DNA from: Edaphobacter aggregans
Lineage (GTDB): Bacteria > Acidobacteriota > Terriglobia > Terriglobales > Acidobacteriaceae
Length of the DNA stretch: 32,000 nt
Direction of reading: 5' to 3'
Assembly (NCBI RefSeq): GCF_003945235.1
Contig: NZ_RSDW01000001.1
Coordinates: forward strand, 3,390,001 to 3,422,000
The translations under genes and the position numbers were made by a program. Positions within the stretch are counted from its first letter, which is position 1. Each line of letters opens with the position of its first letter. This document shows, one piece after another, positions 15,994 through 23,272 of this stretch. The notes below the pieces were generated by a model. That model was not told where the DNA came from. It ran no database searches and saw only the letters and a program-made list of their open reading frames with translations.

Positions 15994-16797
15994 ATGACGT
16001 TGGATGACACGATCAAGCTCTACGCAGCTGCCGCAGATGACGATCACAACTTCGGTGATGACGATAACGACGATTTGAGCCATCGCTTCGACGATGATGA
16101 TGAAGAAGAAGAGGTCACGATGACCTCTGACGACGACGAAATCGACATTGAAGAGGATGTCGAAGAGAGCACACCCGATACGCATGCCGAAGAGGCGAGC
16201 ATCTTTGCCCCTCTCCCCTCGCCGATAGAGAGCTATACACCGGCGATCAGAGAGTCCGCCGTGCCGGTGCAGAGTGAGCCTGTCTACACTCCGGCAAAAG
16301 AGACACCTGCAAAGAAGGCGCCGGCTAAGAAAGTTCCCGCAAAGCAAGTAGCGGCGAAAAAGGCTCCCGCAAAGACAGTGGCGAAGAAAGCTCCGGCGAA
16401 GAAGGCCGCAGCGAAGAAGGTCGCTCCTAAGAAGGCAGCCAAAAAGGTTGTCGTGAAGAAGGCCCCGGCGAAGAAAGCTGTGGCGAAAAAGATTTCAAGA
16501 TCTGCCGCGAAGAAGTCTAGTGCTCCCCGCGGCGGTAAGGTCGCTTCCAAAAAGGCGGCCCGCAACACGGGCACTGTAAGTAGCAAAAAATCTACGAAGA
16601 GAGGTACTACCTTGGCAACGAAGAAAGCTGTAAAGAAAGCAGTCAAGAAGGCTGTCGTAAAGAAGGCAGTCAAGAAGGCGGCAGTCAAGAAGGCCGTCAA
16701 GAAGGCAATCGTCAAGAAGGCCATCAAGAAGGCAATCGTCAAGAAGGCCATCAAGAGAGCAATCGTCAAGAAGGCAATCGCGAAGAAGGTTCTCTAA
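15994..16797 (+). CDS. Histone-H1-like / AlgP-like Lys-Ala repeat protein with a strongly acidic N-terminal domain
   Basis: 31 of the first 70 residues are Asp/Glu by hand count (DDDHNFGDDDNDD, DDDDEEEE, SDDDEIDIEEDVEE). The C-terminal half is made of KKAPAKK and KKAVKKAIV repeats. The ATG at 15994 follows GGGGAAACGACG. Confidence 0.7.
   Translation: MTLDDTIKLYAAAADDDHNFGDDDNDDLSHRFDDDDEEEEVTMTSDDDEIDIEEDVEESTPDTHAEEASIFAPLPSPIESYTPAIRESAVPVQSEPVYTPAKETPAKKAPAKKVPAKQVAAKKAPAKTVAKKAPAKKAAAKKVAPKKAAKKVVVKKAPAKKAVAKKISRSAAKKSSAPRGGKVASKKAARNTGTVSSKKSTKRGTTLATKKAVKKAVKKAVVKKAVKKAAVKKAVKKAIVKKAIKKAIVKKAIKRAIVKKAIAKKVL
16630..16791 (+). repeat. Six tandem 27-nt units (GTCAAGAAGGCCATCAAGAAGGCAATC-like) encoding V-KKA(V/I)-KKA(I/A/V)
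   Basis: Unit boundaries read directly at 16630, 16657, 16684, 16711, 16738 and 16765. The 16684 and 16711 units differ at 1 nt, and the 16711 and 16738 units at 2 nt. The repeat lies inside the H1-like CDS, in frame. Confidence 0.8.
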
Positions 16798-16824
16798 GAA
16801 CAACCCGTAATAAGGCAAGCAAAT

Positions 16825-16862
16825 AGGCCCGGACTCCTCAATTGAGAGCCCGGGCCTTTTTG
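16825..16862. terminator. Bidirectional terminator between the convergent H1-like and bcp genes
   Basis: aggcccgg (16825-16832) pairs with cccgggcct (16849-16857), followed by a T run (16857-16861). AAATA lies on the upstream side. Confidence 0.6.
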
Positions 16863-16878
16863 CGTCTGCTGATAAGTT

Positions 16879-17424
16879 TTACTTCTTGTTAGCTGCGATC
16901 TCGGCCAAGACTTCTTCGCTGTGGGTCTGCACGTCCACCTTAGGCCATACCTTCACTACTTTTCCGTCAGGTGAGATCAGGAAGGTCTGGCGGCTGGCGA
17001 ACTTCATGTCGCCGTGCGTCATAACCGGTACACCGTAAGCGTCCACGACCTTGTGGTCAGGGTCGGCCAGCAGCTTAAAGCTGAACGTGTCCTTCGCGCA
17101 CCATGCCTTGTGGCCCTCTACCGTGTCGAGGCTGACGCCGAGCACCACAGCATTGGCCGCATCATACTTCGCCATGTCGCGCTGGAAGTTGTGCGCTTCA
17201 ATGGTGCAGCCCGTGGTCTGGTCCTTCGGATAGAAGTAAAGGACCACCCACTTGCCTTTGTAGTCCTTCAGGCTCACGGGCTTGTCTTCCTGCGAGGGCA
17301 GGGTGAAGTTGGGAGCTGCAGCGCCCACCTGCACCGAGTCAGCTGCCGCCGCAGCCTTCAGGCCAAAGCCGCCGGCTGCAATCACGCCCATGATTACTGC
17401 GATCCAGATTCCTTTGCGCATCAT
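16879..17424 (-). CDS. bcp: Peroxiredoxin, Bcp/AhpC-TSA family, with N-terminal signal peptide
   Basis: GKWVVLYFYPKDQTTGCTIEAHNF contains the peroxidatic Cys motif. The N-terminus MMRKGIWIAVIMGVIAAGGFGLKAAAAAD looks like an export signal. Confidence 0.85.
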   Translation of the reverse strand: MMRKGIWIAVIMGVIAAGGFGLKAAAAADSVQVGAAAPNFTLPSQEDKPVSLKDYKGKWVVLYFYPKDQTTGCTIEAHNFQRDMAKYDAANAVVLGVSLDTVEGHKAWCAKDTFSFKLLADPDHKVVDAYGVPVMTHGDMKFASRQTFLISPDGKVVKVWPKVDVQTHSEEVLAEIAANKK

Positions 17425-17500
17425 CGTTCCCCTTTATTTAGAGCTTGCTATGTAGACGAGTGTAAGCCACGTAGGACTCGCGCCTATTGCGCGTGCCGCA

Positions 17501-17531
17501 ATTTTACTCCGCTGTGACCATGTGCTGACAA
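17501..17531 (-). promoter_or_regulatory. Weak promoter candidate for bcp: TTGTCA-N19-TAAAAT (minus strand)
   Basis: Plus-strand tgacaa at 17526-17531 and atttta at 17501-17506. The 19-nt spacer is longer than optimal. A CGCGC..GCGCG inverted repeat lies just downstream. Confidence 0.3.
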
Positions 17532-17558
17532 AACCAAGACAAAATCGAAACAGTACCC

Positions 17559-18434
17559 TTACTCCGCGAAAATGGCGATACCGGCCTCATCTGCCTCTGC
17601 GATGATTGCTGCCGGATCAAACATCAACGTCCTGCCCGCCTCGAGCGCCAGGCATGTTGCCCCTGCTTGCCGCATAGTCCGGATTGTCGCCACACCGACT
17701 ACGGGCACGTCGAAGCGCATGTCCTGATTTGGCTTAGCTACCTTGACTACGGTCAAGGATCGCCGCAAGGTGGTGGTCTGAGAGGCTGCAGCGTGCCTTA
17801 CGCTCTCCTCTGTGTCCAGCGTGCGAAACAGGGCCCCGGCGCGCTCGATGGTGGCGTCCGTGCCCTCCATTGCTTCCACGGCGACGCAGGCTTGCGCTGC
17901 GATCACTACTGTCTGGCCCAGGTCGTAGCCCGCGATAGCCCGCGCGACAGTACGTCCGTAGTCGATGTCTTTTCGCTCTTGTTCATCCGGGGAGCGACGG
18001 GTCAGGACTCCTGTGCGCGCCAGTAGAGGCTCCAGATACGCGGTGGATGAGATCAACTCGATCCCTTCATCCCCCAAGACCTTGGCCACCGCGCCCAGCA
18101 GCACATCGGTCGAGCGCGTCCGCAGATTCAGCAGAAGCTTGGCCAGTCGCCAATCAGGCCTAATGCTGGAGAAGATTTGCTTATGCTTCACCTGGCCCGC
18201 CATCACGGCTCGCGAAACACCCTCGGACTTGAAGGTCTCGATCAACCGCGACAACTCGCCCAAGGAGAGCCAGTAGATGCGCACACCAGCATCGGACGCA
18301 GCTCGCGCATTCATCTCCGGATCCGTCTCTTCCTTGATGGCCGCTACTACTACCTCCAGCCCATGCGCTCGTGCCGCATCCAGCAACAGAAAAGGGAAGC
18401 GCCCATTGCCTGCAATCAGCCCGAGTTTATTCAT
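17559..18434 (-). CDS. lpxI: UDP-2,3-diacylglucosamine diphosphatase LpxI (DUF1009 family)
   Basis: N-terminal LGLIAGNGRFPFLLLDAARAHG and C-terminal RFDVPVVGVATIRTMRQAGATCLALEAGRTLMFD match my memory of LpxI N- and C-domains. Size is 291 aa. Confidence 0.8.
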   Translation of the reverse strand: MNKLGLIAGNGRFPFLLLDAARAHGLEVVVAAIKEETDPEMNARAASDAGVRIYWLSLGELSRLIETFKSEGVSRAVMAGQVKHKQIFSSIRPDWRLAKLLLNLRTRSTDVLLGAVAKVLGDEGIELISSTAYLEPLLARTGVLTRRSPDEQERKDIDYGRTVARAIAGYDLGQTVVIAAQACVAVEAMEGTDATIERAGALFRTLDTEESVRHAAASQTTTLRRSLTVVKVAKPNQDMRFDVPVVGVATIRTMRQAGATCLALEAGRTLMFDPAAIIAEADEAGIAIFAE

Positions 18435-18460
18435 AGATGAACGCGTCTCTCATTCGTTCT

Positions 18461-19603
18461 TCAGCGGCCTGTATGGGGCGCAGTATCGGGAGCAAGTTGC
18501 ACTGTGTGTCCGGTACGCGCAGACTGCCGCGCCGCGTCGAGGATGCGCACGACAGCGACATTGGTGTCGAGAGACGAAAGGTCGGCCTTTGGTTCCAGAC
18601 GATGTTCCAGCACAGCGACCAGATAGTTCAGTGAGTCGTCCTGGGGCGATGCAAGGGGCGGTGCGGCCTCAGCATGTTCTTCTGTGTCCCCTGGCAGGCG
18701 AACTCTGAGATCCTTCGCTTTTACGGTGCCGACGAAGCCTTTTGCACCGTAGACTTCCATGTCCTTGCGGTCGAAGGGCCAGTTCCATGAGGCCTGAATG
18801 ATGGCCTGCGCATGAGGATAAGCGAGGAGGATCGTCGCTTCGTCATCGACGTGCGGATACACATCGGGCTTGATCTGCTGCGCGACAGCAGTGACAGAGA
18901 CCGGAAGCTCGCCATGCATCATCCAGGTCGCAAGATCGACGCCGTAGCATCCAAAGTCGAAGAGCGCGCCTGCGCCGTTCTGCTTTGGATCGGTGAGCCA
19001 AGTCAGAAACTCCGGACCGACGCCGATCTCTTTAGGACCGCGGTGTCCATCATGGACAACGAGCTTGCGTAGTTCGCCAATATGGCCGCTGGCGAGCAAT
19101 GCATTCGCCGCAGTGTTTGAGGCATACCAGGTTGTTTCGTAGTTTGTCAGGACGGGTACCTGAAACTGCTGCGAGAGGTGCTGGATGGCGAGGGCATCGT
19201 CAAGAGTAGTCGCAAGCGGCTTCTCCACCATCGCGGCGATGTGGAGTGGTGCGGCCTGCTCGATGGCTGCGCGGTGGTCGGCGATTGACGTATAGACAAG
19301 TATGGCTTGCGGATGAGTCGCCGCAAGCATCGCTGCTTCAGACGGAAAGAAGAGGCTCTCATTCAGATGGAAGAGCGCGGCGTACTTCTGGCGAAGAGCG
19401 GCATCAGGTTCGGATATGCCGACAAGCTCGACGTTTGGGTGCGATGGAAGGTTATGTAGAAACCCTTGGACATGGCCGTGGACCAAGCCTACGACAGCGA
19501 CCCGTACGGGTCCACCATTCTGCGCAAAGCCCGAAGTGGGAAGGCTGAAGAGGAGTGCGATGAGGAGCGATTTGAGGGCGATGTGGCGGCAAGAGAGGCT
19601 CAT
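18461..19603 (-). CDS. Gfo/Idh/MocA family NAD(P)-dependent oxidoreductase with hydrophobic N-terminal signal-like segment
   Basis: Rossmann start VRVAVVGLVHGHVQGF, a central EKPLATTLDDA motif, and a C-terminal alpha/beta domain. I chose the ATG at 19603 (MSLSCRHIALKSLLIALLFSLPTSGFAQ); the track start at 19609 is a TTG. The stop lies 26 nt before the lpxI start. Confidence 0.8.
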   Translation of the reverse strand: MSLSCRHIALKSLLIALLFSLPTSGFAQNGGPVRVAVVGLVHGHVQGFLHNLPSHPNVELVGISEPDAALRQKYAALFHLNESLFFPSEAAMLAATHPQAILVYTSIADHRAAIEQAAPLHIAAMVEKPLATTLDDALAIQHLSQQFQVPVLTNYETTWYASNTAANALLASGHIGELRKLVVHDGHRGPKEIGVGPEFLTWLTDPKQNGAGALFDFGCYGVDLATWMMHGELPVSVTAVAQQIKPDVYPHVDDEATILLAYPHAQAIIQASWNWPFDRKDMEVYGAKGFVGTVKAKDLRVRLPGDTEEHAEAAPPLASPQDDSLNYLVAVLEHRLEPKADLSSLDTNVAVVRILDAARQSARTGHTVQLAPDTAPHTGR

Positions 19604-19914
19604 AGGCAAGTGAGAGATAGTCTAACTCCGTTGCAAGAGTTCTGTGTTCGCATGCTCGCCTGGGACCTCCAGAGGCGATATCGCAGGTACTCGAAAGTCT
19701 GGCGGCCAGAATACAATGGAGTCGTCCTTGCCGATCTTTTGGGAAAGGACACGGAGCGAAGTTGCCTGCATGGGGTTTGCCGCGATAATGGCGACCTAGT
19801 CAGCTAGTGACTGCTCCAGGCCCCCCGTACGGCGACATCAGGCCCTGCCCGACGAACAATTTCATCCGTCATCAAAATAGCGCTATTGGTGACCACCTCC
19901 ATAGGGAGATTTCA

Positions 19915-21003
19915 ATGAAAGCCCTGCGAATGTTGTTTATTCTGGCCACGACTCTGTCCGTATATGCGCAGCAAAAGCCCGCTGATTTACATACGAGCCA
20001 GAATTCACTCGACTGGGCGGGTGTTTACGAAGGGGTTTTACCATGCGCGGACTGCCCTGGCATCAAGACCAGGCTGACGCTCAGCCTCGACGGCACCTAC
20101 GAACTTGTGACGCAATATTTGGAACGACAGGTTCCAGCCCAACTTGTGAGAGGGCGATTCACATGGCAGAGTAGTGGCAATGCCATTACTCTCGATGAGC
20201 AGGGTGGGGGGCAAAAGTATTCCGTTGGCGAGGGCAGACTGATTCTGCGCAACGATGGTGGGCCACCGGTGGTGCTGACACTCGTTCCGCAAACGAGAAC
20301 GGGAGATAACCTAGCGCAGAGACTTGAACGGTATCGCTGGACTCTTGAGTCTGCAACCGACAACCAGAGTCGCCCCATCGATATGCTGCCGCCCGGTAAA
20401 GACCATCCGGTTGTGCTCGGGTTTTCAGGCAACAGACTTAGCATCCAAGGCCCTTGTAACCGAATCATTGGTGCATACCGGATCAATGCCGCAAGGCAGC
20501 TTACGGTGATTGGTGGACCAGCCTCCACGATGATGGCCTGCGATCCCGCGCTGATGAGCGCCGATACCGCGCTGTCCGGCATACTGGCCAACCCTTTGAG
20601 TGTCGAGATCGGCGATGGTCCATCACCGCAACTGCGACTGCGATCTGCGTCGAACGGTACGCTGACATTTACTGGTCAGGCCACCCCGGAGGCCCTTTAT
20701 GGGCCGGGGACCCGCATCTTTCTGGAGGTTTCAGCCCAACAGATCGCGTGCGAGCGTCCGCCGGCACCTAATACGCGCTGTCTTCAGGTCCGCGAAAGGC
20801 ACTATGACGAACAAGGGCTTCCGGTCGGAACACCTGGAGAATGGCGGCCTCTCTACGAGAACATTGAAGGCTATACCCACCAGGAAGGCGTGCGTAATGT
20901 GTTACGGATCAAACGTTTTGATCGAAATCCGGCTCCGGAAAGGGAGTCTTCAACTTTGTATGTACTGGACCTAATCGTAGAGTCGGAGCTCGTGAAGCGG
21001 TAG
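19915..21003 (+). CDS. Exported NlpE_N-like + META (HslJ-like) + DUF4377 fusion protein
   Basis: Signal peptide MKALRMLFILATTLSVYAQ. NlpE-N-type CxxC segment WAGVYEGVLPCADCPGIKTRLTLSLDGTYEL. META-like segment LGFSGNRLSIQGPCNRIIGAYRI...STMMACDP. DUF4377-like tail CLQVRERHYDEQG...WRPLYENIEGYTHQEGVRNVLRIKRF. GGGAGA lies 5 nt upstream of the ATG. Confidence 0.75.
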   Translation: MKALRMLFILATTLSVYAQQKPADLHTSQNSLDWAGVYEGVLPCADCPGIKTRLTLSLDGTYELVTQYLERQVPAQLVRGRFTWQSSGNAITLDEQGGGQKYSVGEGRLILRNDGGPPVVLTLVPQTRTGDNLAQRLERYRWTLESATDNQSRPIDMLPPGKDHPVVLGFSGNRLSIQGPCNRIIGAYRINAARQLTVIGGPASTMMACDPALMSADTALSGILANPLSVEIGDGPSPQLRLRSASNGTLTFTGQATPEALYGPGTRIFLEVSAQQIACERPPAPNTRCLQVRERHYDEQGLPVGTPGEWRPLYENIEGYTHQEGVRNVLRIKRFDRNPAPERESSTLYVLDLIVESELVKR

Positions 21004-21011
21004 AGCTTAAT

Positions 21012-21040
21012 TTGCAATAAGCCAAGAGTAGATGCAATAT
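21012..21040 (+). promoter_or_regulatory. Promoter candidate TTGCAA-N17-CAATAT upstream of the ceramidase-like gene
   Basis: TTGCAA at 21012-21017, a 17-nt spacer, then CAATAT at 21035-21040. This is followed by TAGGAGA (21059-21065) and the TTG start at 21071. Confidence 0.4.
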
Positions 21041-21070
21041 CTGCTCCACACCGACAAGTAGGAGAACGAA

Positions 21071-21859
21071 TTGATTTCACGAAGAATTGGCTTGAGGGTG
21101 TTGTTTGTCATCACAATCATGATCGCCGTGGTCGACTTCTTGTTGCCACCGATTCCGCAGCCGCAGTCGTATCACATGTTCGCCGACCAGCGAAGTTTCC
21201 TGGGCATCCCCAATTTTGGCGATGTCGTTTCAAACGTACCTTTCGCGATCGTTGGATTGTGGGGATTGGTATTTTTGCTACGGCTGAGCTCCGAACAGCT
21301 CGCACAACGTTTTATTGATAGAAGAGAACGCTGGTTCTACCTGATTATTTTTATCGGAGTGCTGCTTACGGCTTTCGGTTCCTCGTACTATCACTGGGAA
21401 CCAAGCAACGCGCGGCTCGTATGGGACAGGTTGCCTATGACGATTGTATTTATGTCTCTGGTGGCAGCACTCATTGCAGAGCGTATCAATTTGCGCGTTG
21501 GTTTCTGGTTGCTGCCGATACTTTTATTGATCGGCATGGGCAGCGTGTTGCAGTGGCATATGAGCGAACTGCGCGGGGCTGGCGATTTACGTTTCTACGC
21601 TACGGTGCAAACTTATTCGATCTTATTTCTGTTTATGGCCCTTCTATTTCCACCACGTTACACGTGCGGGTCAGATTTGGCGATTGTGGCGGGTTTCTAT
21701 GTCCTCGCGAAGATTCTGGAGACTTTAGATAGGCCAATCTTCAGGCTAGGACAAATCGTGAGCGGCCACACATTGAAGCATCTAGCAGCCGCCATGGCTG
21801 CCTACTGGATTTTGCGAATGATACAGAGACGACGGCCAATTCCGGCCACGTCGTCGTGA
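21071..21859 (+). CDS. Polytopic membrane protein, ceramidase / alkaline-phytoceramidase-like family (tentative)
   Basis: About 7 hydrophobic segments. The motifs HMFADQRSFLGIPNFGDVVSNVPF and SSYYHWEPSNARLVWDRLPMT match my recollection of bacterial proteins annotated as ceramidase-domain proteins. The TTG start has AGGAG 6 nt upstream. GC content is markedly lower than in neighbouring genes. Confidence 0.55.
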   Translation: MISRRIGLRVLFVITIMIAVVDFLLPPIPQPQSYHMFADQRSFLGIPNFGDVVSNVPFAIVGLWGLVFLLRLSSEQLAQRFIDRRERWFYLIIFIGVLLTAFGSSYYHWEPSNARLVWDRLPMTIVFMSLVAALIAERINLRVGFWLLPILLLIGMGSVLQWHMSELRGAGDLRFYATVQTYSILFLFMALLFPPRYTCGSDLAIVAGFYVLAKILETLDRPIFRLGQIVSGHTLKHLAAAMAAYWILRMIQRRRPIPATSS

Positions 21860-21989
21860 GTGCAGCGGTACAACGATCTGGACTGCATTTGATCTAGCCG
21901 AATGGCTAAAGATATACGTCCTAGTGCCTGTGGATGTCTCCTGCAGGCTGAGCAACCAAGTTAGAAGTGCATGGTACCGTTATCACCGA

Positions 21990-23183
21990 ATGTTTCGGAT
22001 GATGCCAAAACCACGCTATATAGTGAAACTCGCTAGTTCTATCCATTCGCTTATGCTTTTGGGCGGAATTCTTTGCGTCGCTGTCGCCGCCCAAACTGGG
22101 TCTTCGTCCAACGAGCTTGCTTTTAAGCGATCCAAATCGTTGCAGCGCGGAGTCAATCTGTCTGGGTGGTTTGGAGGTGGAGGCGGCGATTTTTCCGATG
22201 CACATCTCCAGAGTTCGATCACGAACCGCGATCTGAACCAGATCCATGGGTTGGGTTTCGATTACGTTCGTCTCCCCGTCGATCCCACCCCAATCATGAA
22301 AAACGGCGTCCAGGTAGAGGGAAGCGAGCGCGTTCTGACGCAACTGGACAAGGCAATCGAAGAGATCCTTGCTACTGGATTGTCCGTTGACGTCGCAGTC
22401 TTTCCAAATGGCGATGTGAAGCAAAGACTCCAGACACAGCGAGGAGTGGACGACTTCGTCTCTTTATGGCGATTTTTGGCGAGCCACTTTGCAAAGTTCG
22501 ATGCTGACCATGTCTTTCTTGAAATTCTGAATGAACCGGAGGTGCAGGATGTCTATCGGTGGGCGGGAATTCAGACCAGGACTGTACGGGCGATTCGTAC
22601 GGTCGACCATCGACACACCGTTATTGCTACTGGCGGACGATGGTCAGGTCTGGACGAACTTCTACAGTTGGAGCCCGTCAGCGACAACAACACTATCTAC
22701 ACCTTTCATTTCTATGAGCCCTATCCATTTACACATCAGGGAGCTACGTGGGGTAGCAGTGAGTGGCTGTATTACAAAGACATACCCTATCCCGCGACCT
22801 ACGAAGCGATGCAGACGCAACTGTACCAGGTTCCTGACGAGATCGCTCGCTACCAACTTTTTCTCTATGCGAACGGCGGGTGGAACGAGGAGACTTTTCA
22901 ACGCAAGCTGGCATTTGCGGCGGAGTGGGGAAGAGAGAGGGGCGTTCCGGTGATATGCAATGAGTTTGGAGCCTATCGCGATAAAGCACCAGCGGACTCG
23001 CGGACCCGCTGGATCGCCGATGTCCGCACTTCGCTCGAGCAACTGCACATCGGGTGGGCGATGTGGGATTACAGCGGAAACTTTGGGCTCGTGCAACGCG
23101 ACAGCGCCGATCATGTGCCTGATGCGTCAATTGTCCATGCCCTGGGACTGAAGATGCCTGCTGAAACCGGAGCGTCCAACTAG
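21990..23183 (+). CDS. Glycoside hydrolase family 5 (cellulase/mannanase-type), secreted
   Basis: GH5 acid/base motif FLEILNEPE and nucleophile motif VPVICNEFGA, plus WAMWDY near the C-terminus. Signal-like segment SSIHSLMLLGGILCVAVAAQ. The start is uncertain (ATG at 21990, 21999 or 22002; the track starts at 21924). Confidence 0.85.
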   Translation: MFRMMPKPRYIVKLASSIHSLMLLGGILCVAVAAQTGSSSNELAFKRSKSLQRGVNLSGWFGGGGGDFSDAHLQSSITNRDLNQIHGLGFDYVRLPVDPTPIMKNGVQVEGSERVLTQLDKAIEEILATGLSVDVAVFPNGDVKQRLQTQRGVDDFVSLWRFLASHFAKFDADHVFLEILNEPEVQDVYRWAGIQTRTVRAIRTVDHRHTVIATGGRWSGLDELLQLEPVSDNNTIYTFHFYEPYPFTHQGATWGSSEWLYYKDIPYPATYEAMQTQLYQVPDEIARYQLFLYANGGWNEETFQRKLAFAAEWGRERGVPVICNEFGAYRDKAPADSRTRWIADVRTSLEQLHIGWAMWDYSGNFGLVQRDSADHVPDASIVHALGLKMPAETGASN

Positions 23184-23272
23184 TAAGATTCTGTGCACAG
23201 GGTGGTGTAATTGAACGGCTGGCAGCTTGTCCTTTCAATCACACCGAGTTTGACGGATAATCGCCTAACGCG

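Noticed and set aside
16291-16794. Regularly spaced repeats that could superficially resemble a CRISPR array
   Set aside because: The repeats are contiguous with no unique spacers, in frame, and encode Lys/Ala repeats of an ORF with a proper start, stop and terminator.
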